From NCBI GenBank assembly GCA_963736255.1, contig CAVTOI010000002.1, forward strand, positions 428,411 to 492,410: a DNA stretch of 64,000 nt, in the 5' to 3' direction. Of this stretch, positions 22,735-30,588 are shown piece after piece. The stretch comes from Candidatus Aminicenantes bacterium. GTDB lineage: Bacteria > Acidobacteriota > Aminicenantia > Aminicenantales > Saccharicenantaceae. The position numbers and the translations under genes are program-made. The notes beneath the pieces are model-generated. The model worked only from the letters and a program-made list of their open reading frames with translations. It did not search any database and was not told where the DNA came from. Numbering within the stretch: position 1 is the first letter of the stretch; each line of letters starts with the position of its first letter.

Positions 22735-24678
22735 TCAGAGGGCCAGGCGGAAGCCGGTCCGGGCGGTGATCCCCGGCGCCCCGTATCCCCAGACGGTCTC
22801 ATAGCGGGCGTCGAGAATGTTGTCGATGCGGAAGAAGAGCTCGAGTCGCGGACCGACGGGGGCCGTAATGGCGGCACCGAGAAGGACATAACCGGGAAGC
22901 GCGACCGTAGCGTAGGGATAGGCGCTGAAATCCCGGTCGAAGCGCCGGCCGACCCAGAGCGCGCGGGCGGAAAGGTCGAACCGTCCGAAGAGCCTCGCGC
23001 CCGCCTCGGCGGAAAACGTGTCGTGCGGCCTGCGGAGGAGCTCTGTCCCCGCGTCCACGTCGCGGGCCGAGAGCCGGGTGTAGGAGGCAGAGAGGCGCGC
23101 GCCGGCCGCCGGCCGCGCTTCCGCAGAGACCTCGAGGCCCTCCGTCCTGGCCCGGCCGATATTGACGTAGCCGGCGGCGAAGTCGAAATCGACGAGGTCT
23201 CGGAAAGCGTTCGCGAACCAGGTCAGGCCGAGGGCGATGCGGCCTGCAGCGAGGCGCTGCTCGATCCCCGCGTCCCAACCGAGGGCTCGCTCGGGGCGGA
23301 GCAGGGGATTGCCGACCGGGCCGAACGACGTGGCGGGGGCGAAGAGCTGGTAGAGAGCGGGGGACTTGAAGCCTGTCCCGAGCGTAGCCTTGAGGCGCGT
23401 TCCTGTGGCGGCGACGAGATAGGCCGGGGCGACGCGGAAGGTCACGGCGGTCCCGGCGCGGCTGTGATGGTCCGCCCGGACGCCGGCCGTGACGAAGAAC
23501 CGGCCCCAGGCCTCCCAGTGATCGAGAAGATAGATCCCCGCCGACGATGCGCGGGCCGAAGGGAAGCGGGCCTCCGAAGGACCGAAGACGCTTTCCGACT
23601 CGTACTCGGAGCGCCCGGACTCGCTCTCGACTTCCAGCCCCGCCGTGAGGGTGTGGGACGGATGGAGGAAGAGGTTGTTCTGCCAATCGAGCTTGACGAT
23701 ACCGCTCTTGTAGAGGCCCTCATCCCGTTCGGCGGGATGGGACGCGTCGAAGGGGTTGTCGTTCGCGCGCCTCGCTCCGAGCCAGGACAGGGAGACTGTC
23801 CGTTCCCAGCGGCCGCTCCGGTGGAGCCCGCGATACTGTCCGCGGACGAGAAGCGTCCCGTAGTCCTGGACGGCGTTCGGATCGTCCCCGCCGGGCCCGC
23901 CGAAATTGTCGAGCTCGGTCCTGGCGCTCGCGGCCCGGACCGAGAACGACAGGACCGTCGCGGGGCGCGGCGTGAAGCCGAAGCGGGCGGCGAAGCTGAT
24001 GTTGCGATAGCCGTCCTTTTCGGCGTTCCCGGCGTAGGCGGACGAGGCCGCGGAGAGGCCGGCCGTCCGCTCGTGGAAGAGGCCGAGCGAATATTCGGTC
24101 TTCGGCCCGGAGCCGGAGAGCGAGACGTCGGCGGCGAGGGAGCTGAGCGTATCGGCCGACGAGGCCAGCGTGAGCCGGGGCCGGCCGCGGCCGGTCCGGG
24201 TGATGATGTTGATGACGCCGCCGAGCGCGTCCGAGCCATAGAGCAGGCCCTGAGGGCCTCGGAGGATCTCGACCCTGTCGACCTGGCCGAGAGGAAGGTG
24301 GGACACATCGTACGAGCGCGACGGGTTGATCGGGTCGTTGAGCTCGAGCCCGTCGAGAAGGAAGAGCGTGTGCTCGCTGTTGGCGCCGCGTACGGACACC
24401 GAGGAGGCCGCGCCCGGCCCGCCGTTCCGGACCGTAGAGAGGCCGAGAACGGATTCGAGGGCCTCGAGGACGAAGGTCTTGCCTGTGCGGAGGAGCTCCT
24501 CGCCCGTGACCACGGTGATCGAGCTTCCCACCTTCTTTTCGGGGGTTTCGAGCCGGGTGGCGGTGACGACGAGGTCGTGTTTGATGGGCGGCGCCGCCTG
24601 GTCTTGCGTGCCCGGGGCGAAGGACGTCAGCGTCATGAGCGCGGCGAGCGCTGTGAGGGAGATTCTTCTCGATGTCAT
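22735..24678 (-). CDS. btuB: TonB-dependent outer membrane receptor, BtuB-like.
   Basis: Signal peptide, a TonB box-like DLVVTATRLE, the plug motif LRGPQGLLYGSDALGGVINIITR and a beta-barrel. There is a cobalamin riboswitch in the 5' UTR. Confidence 0.8.
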   Translation of the reverse strand: MTSRRISLTALAALMTLTSFAPGTQDQAAPPIKHDLVVTATRLETPEKKVGSSITVVTGEELLRTGKTFVLEALESVLGLSTVRNGGPGAASSVSVRGANSEHTLFLLDGLELNDPINPSRSYDVSHLPLGQVDRVEILRGPQGLLYGSDALGGVINIITRTGRGRPRLTLASSADTLSSLAADVSLSGSGPKTEYSLGLFHERTAGLSAASSAYAGNAEKDGYRNISFAARFGFTPRPATVLSFSVRAASARTELDNFGGPGGDDPNAVQDYGTLLVRGQYRGLHRSGRWERTVSLSWLGARRANDNPFDASHPAERDEGLYKSGIVKLDWQNNLFLHPSHTLTAGLEVESESGRSEYESESVFGPSEARFPSARASSAGIYLLDHWEAWGRFFVTAGVRADHHSRAGTAVTFRVAPAYLVAATGTRLKATLGTGFKSPALYQLFAPATSFGPVGNPLLRPERALGWDAGIEQRLAAGRIALGLTWFANAFRDLVDFDFAAGYVNIGRARTEGLEVSAEARPAAGARLSASYTRLSARDVDAGTELLRRPHDTFSAEAGARLFGRFDLSARALWVGRRFDRDFSAYPYATVALPGYVLLGAAITAPVGPRLELFFRIDNILDARYETVWGYGAPGITARTGFRLAL

Positions 24679-24699
24679 GGCAGGAGCTCCGCAGCCGCC

Positions 24700-24895
24700 C
24701 CCGCCGCTTTTTCGTTCTCCGTCTTCCGCCCGAAGACCGGTCGACCGCGGCTTAAAGAAGGTCTCCTGACTCCCGGATCGTCCTCCTCCCGAGCCTTCCA
24801 GCCTCATGGCCGTGGCGTCTCTCGGGATTCGTCCCCGGTTACAGTAGCGGGGGCTGTGTCCGCATCGGACGGACTTCCCTTCGGAATAAGCCGGG
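24700..24895 (-). promoter_or_regulatory. Cobalamin (B12) riboswitch in the leader of the TonB-dependent receptor.
   Basis: On the mRNA strand: GAAGGGAAGUCCG...GCGGACACAGCCCCCGCUACUGUAACCGGGG...GAGUCAGGAGACCUUC. The B12 box is the complement of 24761-24775. Confidence 0.75.
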
Positions 24896-24902
24896 GAGAA
24901 TT

Positions 24903-25043
24903 ATAGCAGATATGGGGGTCAAACCTATACCTTTTTAGTTTTAGCCCTTAAGATATTCCCCAAAATCGTGGCCTCGAGCGCTCGGCCGCGATTTTGTTGG
25001 TCGCTTCGGGGACTTCGCTTCCCGCCGTAGGTTTGACCCCATC
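24903..25043. repeat. 140-bp MITE/REPIN-like element flanked by 15-16-bp inverted repeats (ATGGGGGTCAAACCTA / TAGGTTTGACCCCAT).
   Basis: The IR core GGGGTCAAACCT is identical to the core of the 31-bp TIRs that flank the Y1 transposase element at 48341..49442. Confidence 0.6.
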
Positions 25044-25516
25044 TTAAATGGGAGGGAGGCTGCCCTGAACCGTCTTCAGATCAGGGCAGCCTCGGGATGG
25101 GAATGGGGGTCTATCGGGAATTATCGAAAAGGAGGTCGAGGCTTTTCATCTTCGTTGCTCATAAGATAGTACGCGGCCGGCAGGCGATCGGTTGCAGCCC
25201 GGGAAGAAGATAAGTAAGGGAGGGCCAGGCAGAGAGGGACAAAAAGCCTATTTACCGATTTTTTTTCCGATCCCCCTCAATGACCATTTTTAATTATACC
25301 ACAAGCCTGAGCGGAATGCAATAGCTTCTCCCGAGTTATCGAAAAATACACCCGGCGGACGCCCAACACGCCCGTTTTGACCTGAAAATGCCGTTCTTCG
25401 CCGGGTTCCCGAAAAACGCGTCCGGGCCGCCGTTTCCCTGGCGGTTTCCCCTGAAAACAGGTATATTGAGGATGGCTCTCCCGACGGCAAAAAGGCTCCA
25501 GAGCGAGGAGAAGGCC

Positions 25517-26929
25517 ATGAAAAACGAGGATTTCCGGCGCTCCGGGCACCAGTTTGTGGACTGGATCGCCGATTATTTCGAGAATCTCGAGAAATACGCC
25601 GTCTTGGCCCGCGTCGAACCGGGAGACATCAAAAAGATGATCCCGGCCGTCCCCCCGGCCAGGGGAGAGGCCATGGAGGGGATCTTCCATGATTTCGAGA
25701 AGACCCTCCTGCCCGGCATCACCCACTGGCAGCACCCGGGCTGGTTCGGCTACTTCCCCGCCAACAATAGCCCGGCCTCGGTCCTGGGGGAACTCCTGAC
25801 GGCCGGTCTCGGGGCCCAATGCATGGTCTGGCAGACGTCCCCGGCGGCGGCCGAGCTCGAGGAGGTCGTCCTCGACTGGCTCCGCCAGATGATAGGGCTT
25901 CCGGCCGGCTTTTCCGGCGTCATCCAGGACACCGCCTCGGCGGCCACCCTGTGCGCCCTACTCTCGGCGAGGGAGCGGGCGACGGGCTTCGAGTCGAACG
26001 AGTCCGGCCTGAAGCTGCCCCTGATCGTCTATGCATCGGAGGAAGTCCACTCGAGCGCCGACAAAGGCGTCAAGATCGCCGGGTTCGGCCGCAAGAACTT
26101 CCGCCGTCTCCCGACCGATGCGCGGTTCTCTCTCCTTCCGGAAAAGCTCGAGGAGGCCCTCGTCCGTGACAAGGACGCCGGGCTCGTCCCGGCCTGCGTC
26201 ATGGCCACCGTGGGGACGACCTCCTCGGGCGCCGTCGACCCGCTGCGGGCCGTCGGCGAGATCTGCCGGAAGCACGGCGTCTGGTTCCACGTCGACGCGG
26301 CCTGGGCCGGCACGGCCGCCCTCCTCCCGGAAAAACGCTGGATCCTCGACGGCGCCGAGCTCGCCGACTCGCTCGTCTTCAATCCACACAAGTGGATGGT
26401 GACCAACTTCGATTGCTCGGCCTATTTCGTGCGCGACCCGGCCTCGCTCATCCGGACCTTCGAGATCCATCCCGAGTATCTCAAGACCGGCGTCGACGCC
26501 AAGGTCAAGAATTACCGGGACTGGGGCATCCCGCTCGGCCGGCGCTTCCGGGCCCTCAAGCTGTGGTTCGTCATCCGCAGCTACGGCGTCGAGGGGCTGC
26601 AGGCGATGGTCCGCGAGCACATCCGGCTCGCGGGGCTCGTCAAGGACTGGGTCGAGGCCGACGCCCGATTCGAGCTCCTGGCCCCGGTCGATATCGCCCT
26701 CATCTGCTTCCGGCTCAACGACGGGCGCGATGAGGCCGGGCTGAACGAGCTCAACCGCCGGTTCCTCGATCGCATCAACGCGGCGGGCCCTGTCTTCCTG
26801 ACCCACACGACTCTCCGCGGCAAGTACACGGTCCGGTTCGTCGTGGGTCAGCGGACGACGGAGGAGCGCCACGTCCGCGGCGCTTGGGACGTCATCTCCG
26901 CGGCCGCCGACGAGGTCCTGAGATCCTGA
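25517..26929 (+). CDS. Pyridoxal-phosphate-dependent aromatic-L-amino-acid decarboxylase (group II decarboxylase).
   Basis: The PLP-lysine motif SLVFNPHKWMVTNFDCSAYFVRD is present, along with the DDC-family N-terminal region. There is a GGAGAAGG SD before the ATG. Confidence 0.8.
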   Translation: MKNEDFRRSGHQFVDWIADYFENLEKYAVLARVEPGDIKKMIPAVPPARGEAMEGIFHDFEKTLLPGITHWQHPGWFGYFPANNSPASVLGELLTAGLGAQCMVWQTSPAAAELEEVVLDWLRQMIGLPAGFSGVIQDTASAATLCALLSARERATGFESNESGLKLPLIVYASEEVHSSADKGVKIAGFGRKNFRRLPTDARFSLLPEKLEEALVRDKDAGLVPACVMATVGTTSSGAVDPLRAVGEICRKHGVWFHVDAAWAGTAALLPEKRWILDGAELADSLVFNPHKWMVTNFDCSAYFVRDPASLIRTFEIHPEYLKTGVDAKVKNYRDWGIPLGRRFRALKLWFVIRSYGVEGLQAMVREHIRLAGLVKDWVEADARFELLAPVDIALICFRLNDGRDEAGLNELNRRFLDRINAAGPVFLTHTTLRGKYTVRFVVGQRTTEERHVRGAWDVISAAADEVLRS

Positions 26930-26938
26930 TCCGCCCGC

Positions 26939-28939
26939 TCACTCGGGCTTGAGCGCGTACCGCAGCACGCCCTCCGGGTCGGCGATCCGGACATAGAAGC
27001 CCCAGCCCCCGGCACCCTGAAGGTCCTTGACGAGGACCTTGTTCCAGCCCTTCTTGAGACGGACCGGGACCCGGTCGAGGTCGGGCTCGGCGGCCCTGTA
27101 GACGGGGTTGGTGTGGACGATCTCTCCGTTGATCCAGACGCGGACCCCGTCGTCGCTGCCGACGAGGAGCGTCGCCTCCCGGTCCTCGGGGGAATGGACG
27201 TAAGCCAGGCCGTAGGCGATCGCCTGCTCGTTGGGACGGATGAGATCGTCGAGCCGGACATAGCCCGACTCGCCGGCCCGGAAAGTCCTCCATTTGACGG
27301 TATCGCCGTTCTTGCCTTTGTAGCTCTTCGCCGGGGCCGCCTCCGTTTCCGGCGGATAGACCGTTGGCAGATCGTCCAGGTCCGCGGCGTCGAAAGGGCC
27401 GACGAGGTTCCACTCGCGGATGAACTTGCGGGCCGCTGGCCGGAGACCGAAGCCGACGAAAAAGATATCGAAACCCGCGCTCCTGGCGTCCTTTCCCGCT
27501 GCCTCGAGGACGAGCGTGTCGGAGCCGGGCTCGAGGAGAAGGTCCTTCAGGACGACGGAGCCGAGAGTCGTTTCCTTGGCGTAGCCGTCGAAGCGGCCCA
27601 GGACGCCGGGCCCGGCGGCCACCGCCATCTCCCGGCCGCCCCGGACCTGGATGTTGCCTGCCGCGGGGGATCTGAGAAAGTGGAGCTCGAGCGCATAGAG
27701 ATCGCGAACCGCGACCGGAAAGCGGAACTCGGCCCGCGTCCCGTCGGCGGCCCCGTCGGTCCGAAGCACCGGATAGCGGGCGCCGGAGCCGCTGTAAAAC
27801 GAGGAGAGGGCCGCGAGGAGGCGGGGCGCCGACATCCGAAGCCCGCCGCCGCGGTCGACGAAGTCCCCGGCCTCGCCGGGCTCTTCTTCCTCCCACTTCG
27901 GCAGGACGAAATTCTCCGGGGGCTCGAAGGCGAACGGAAGCCGCTCGGCGACGGGCGGGAACGAGGGGAAGGCCCGGTGGGGCTCGGTCTGATACCAGTA
28001 GGCGACGGACGAGAGGAGATCGCCGCGGTCGTTCGCGTGCCCGTGCTCGATCGTCACCTCGATGGATCTCTTGAACGGGATGGGATCGGGGACGTGAAAG
28101 CGATAGACCGTGGCCTTGGACCCGGCCTGGAAGTCCTCTTCCTGGAGGGGACAGCCGTAAAAGAGGCTCTGGCCCTCCCGCATGCCCCAGGCGTCCGAGA
28201 AATAATCCTCGGAGCCCGTGCCGTGGAGGGACGGCTTCGACTCGCCGTCCACCCGGATCATGTCGTCGCCTTCGCCCCACCAGCCCATGGCCCGTTGCAG
28301 GACGCTCAGATTGCAGCCGACGTAGTGGCCGGCGCCTTCCGCTTCGAGGAGAAGATAGTTCCGCCGCGCGTCGGGCGGGAACTCTTGCCGGTACTGGGCG
28401 TGGAAGGTGGGCGTATCGGCGGGAAGGTCGGGCAGCTCGCGGTAATCGACGTAATAATAGAAGGCGTCGACGGTCTGCGTGCCCTCGTTCTTGGCGGTGA
28501 TGCGGCAGGAGCGGCGGAAGGGCATGTACCAATAACAATTCCTGGCCCGGCCCTCCGACGAACAGGTGATCGGGAGGGAGGTGAAGTCCCTGTTCAGGCC
28601 GTGGCCGACGCCGAAGAAGTCGCCGACCGGCGCCTCGACCGACGGGGACTTCTCGTCGTCCCAATAGAAGCGGAGGACGATCTTGCGGCCGTAGAACGTC
28701 TCGGCCGCGATCGTCGTCCAGATGTGATGGATGGCCGCGGGGCCTTCGATCTCGGCCAGGACCGCGGTCTTCCCGGGTTCGATGACTATGGAATCGCGGT
28801 TCCCGCCGCTCCGGTCGTAGGACGAGACGCGGCGGCTGCGGTAATCCTGCTTCTGGCCGAGGCCTTTCAGCAGGTCCTGGCCGGCCGCAGACGCGGCGGC
28901 CAGGAGGACGGCGGCGAGGATCAAAGAGCGAATGCGCAT
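26939..28939 (-). CDS. Secreted DUF2961 / GH172-family protein with a C-terminal LamG/concanavalin-like domain.
   Basis: Signal peptide MRIRSLILAAVLLAAASAAGQ. The DUF2961 region reads SYDRSGGNRDSIVIEPGKTAVLAEIEGPAAIHHIWTT...RFYWDDE. The C-terminus contains VGSDDGVRVWINGEIV. There is a GAAGGAGG SD. Confidence 0.7.
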   Translation of the reverse strand: MRIRSLILAAVLLAAASAAGQDLLKGLGQKQDYRSRRVSSYDRSGGNRDSIVIEPGKTAVLAEIEGPAAIHHIWTTIAAETFYGRKIVLRFYWDDEKSPSVEAPVGDFFGVGHGLNRDFTSLPITCSSEGRARNCYWYMPFRRSCRITAKNEGTQTVDAFYYYVDYRELPDLPADTPTFHAQYRQEFPPDARRNYLLLEAEGAGHYVGCNLSVLQRAMGWWGEGDDMIRVDGESKPSLHGTGSEDYFSDAWGMREGQSLFYGCPLQEEDFQAGSKATVYRFHVPDPIPFKRSIEVTIEHGHANDRGDLLSSVAYWYQTEPHRAFPSFPPVAERLPFAFEPPENFVLPKWEEEEPGEAGDFVDRGGGLRMSAPRLLAALSSFYSGSGARYPVLRTDGAADGTRAEFRFPVAVRDLYALELHFLRSPAAGNIQVRGGREMAVAAGPGVLGRFDGYAKETTLGSVVLKDLLLEPGSDTLVLEAAGKDARSAGFDIFFVGFGLRPAARKFIREWNLVGPFDAADLDDLPTVYPPETEAAPAKSYKGKNGDTVKWRTFRAGESGYVRLDDLIRPNEQAIAYGLAYVHSPEDREATLLVGSDDGVRVWINGEIVHTNPVYRAAEPDLDRVPVRLKKGWNKVLVKDLQGAGGWGFYVRIADPEGVLRYALKPE

Positions 28940-28973
28940 GGCCGAGACCTCCTTCGCGGGGCCCCGCAAGCCC

Positions 28974-29462
28974 TTATCGGGCGGGGTGCCGTTCTTTTTG
29001 AAGCCAGCCCGTCCGGATGTGCGACTTCCGGTCCCGGCTGGTGTAAGGCTTGATGTCGAGGACGGGAGTTCCGTCGACGAGGTCCAGGCCGGAGACCTCG
29101 AGGATACGCCCGTCGCGCCCGAGGAGCCTGAGAACGCTCAAGCCCAGGGGATTGGGGCGATGCGGCGAGCGGGTGGCGAAGACACCCCGCGGCCTCTTTT
29201 GACCCGGCGGGGTGACCTTGAGCTTGGAGGCCCCGGCCTTGTGGAACTGGAAGATGACGATGATATGGGAGAAGCCGTCGAGACCGTCGAGGCCGGCCGC
29301 GAATTCGGGGCGGACCTCGATCTTGCCCGTGGAACGCTCGAAGAACCGGGGCGGCGCAAAGGCCGGGGGCGGGAGCTCCGACGGTTCTTTGTAGCGCGAG
29401 CGGACGACGCCGACCGGCCGGAGGCGGACCCCGGGACCTATTTCCCGACGTACGTCAGCCAC
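28974..29462 (-). CDS. tsaA: tRNA (N6-threonylcarbamoyladenosine) methyltransferase TsaA/TrmO (YaeB family).
   Basis: VGVVRSRY...FSHIIVIFQFHK...PNPLGLSVLRLL...GLDLVDGTPVLDIKPY. Confidence 0.75.
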   Translation of the reverse strand: MADVRREIGPGVRLRPVGVVRSRYKEPSELPPPAFAPPRFFERSTGKIEVRPEFAAGLDGLDGFSHIIVIFQFHKAGASKLKVTPPGQKRPRGVFATRSPHRPNPLGLSVLRLLGRDGRILEVSGLDLVDGTPVLDIKPYTSRDRKSHIRTGWLQKERHPAR

Positions 29463-30403
29463 TTCTCGTAGCGGGGCTCGCGCCCCGTGACGGCGTCGCC
29501 GAAGGCCTTGATCATCCGCAGGGCGATCGGGCCCGGCTTACCCGTGCCGATGGTGTGTGCGGTCTTGGGCATGGTGGGATCGGAGCCGTCCGTGACCGAG
29601 ACGATCGGGATGACCTCGACCGCGGTGCCGCAATAGAAGGCCTCGTCGGCGCCGAAGAGGTCCTGCTTGGTGATCGGGCCGACGATCGTCTTGTAGCCGA
29701 GGTCCTGGCCGATCTCGAGGAGGCTCGTCCGGGTGATGCCTTCGAGGGCGGATTCCAGCCGGCCGTTGGTGATGAGCGTCCCGTCCTTGACGATGAAGAC
29801 GTTCTGGCCGGGCCCTTCGGCGACACGGCCCTCCATGTTCAGGAAAATGGCCTCGTCGAAGCCATTCTCGCGTGCCTCGAGGCCCGCGATCGTCGACTGG
29901 ACGTAGACGCCGCCGAGCTTGGCCGACATGTTGAACTGGGTGTGGTGGACCCGGTGCCAGGGGACGACATAGGCGCTGACGCCGCGGGCCGCGTTCTCGC
30001 CGAGGTAGGCGCCCCATTCCCAGGCGCTGATGGCGAGCTCGACGGGGCAGGCCTTGGGCACGAGGCCGAGGTTGCCGTAGGAAAAAAAGAGCAGGGGGCG
30101 GATGTAACAGCTGTCGAGCTCGTTCGCCCGGACGGTCTGTTTGATGGCCTCGGTGATCTCGTCCTTGGTGTACGGGCATTTCATCCTGGCCACGCCCGCC
30201 GAGAGGAGAAAGCGGTCGTTGTGCTCGGGCAGGCGGAAGATGGCCGGCCCCTTGGCGGTGCTGTAGGCCCGGATACCCTCGAAGACGGAGCTGCCGTAAT
30301 GGAGGGCGTGCATCATGGGATGGCAACCGCCTTCGGACCAATCGTGGAACTTCCGCTCATACCAATATTTCTTGGCCTTGGGGAAGTTGGTGTTAAGAAA
30401 CAT
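29438..30403 (-). CDS. ilvE: Branched-chain amino acid aminotransferase.
   Basis: HALHYGSSVFEGIRAY, a PLP fold type IV pattern and an AAGGAG SD. Confidence 0.8.
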   Translation of the reverse strand: MFLNTNFPKAKKYWYERKFHDWSEGGCHPMMHALHYGSSVFEGIRAYSTAKGPAIFRLPEHNDRFLLSAGVARMKCPYTKDEITEAIKQTVRANELDSCYIRPLLFFSYGNLGLVPKACPVELAISAWEWGAYLGENAARGVSAYVVPWHRVHHTQFNMSAKLGGVYVQSTIAGLEARENGFDEAIFLNMEGRVAEGPGQNVFIVKDGTLITNGRLESALEGITRTSLLEIGQDLGYKTIVGPITKQDLFGADEAFYCGTAVEVIPIVSVTDGSDPTMPKTAHTIGTGKPGPIALRMIKAFGDAVTGREPRYEKWLTYVGK

Positions 30404-30588
30404 GGCTGTCTCCTTTGCGGACCTCGCCCCGCGCGGCCGGGAGAGGAGGAATGACGAGACCGTTTAGGTATATGGCGCCGTTCCCTGCTGGAGCGTCCGA
30501 TCCGAGCTTATAGAAGGCACGACCTCGCTTGGCGACCTGACTATCGGCTCAAGCCTTCTTGAGAGCGCATGCTATCACAGCGGACGGA

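Noticed and set aside
20008-24906. Giant 1632-aa ORF on the + strand.
   Set aside because: It is antisense to the well-supported Pat-like and TonB-receptor genes. Its translation is Arg/Gly/Asp/Pro-rich low-complexity sequence typical of an out-of-frame read through high-GC DNA, with no recognisable domains.
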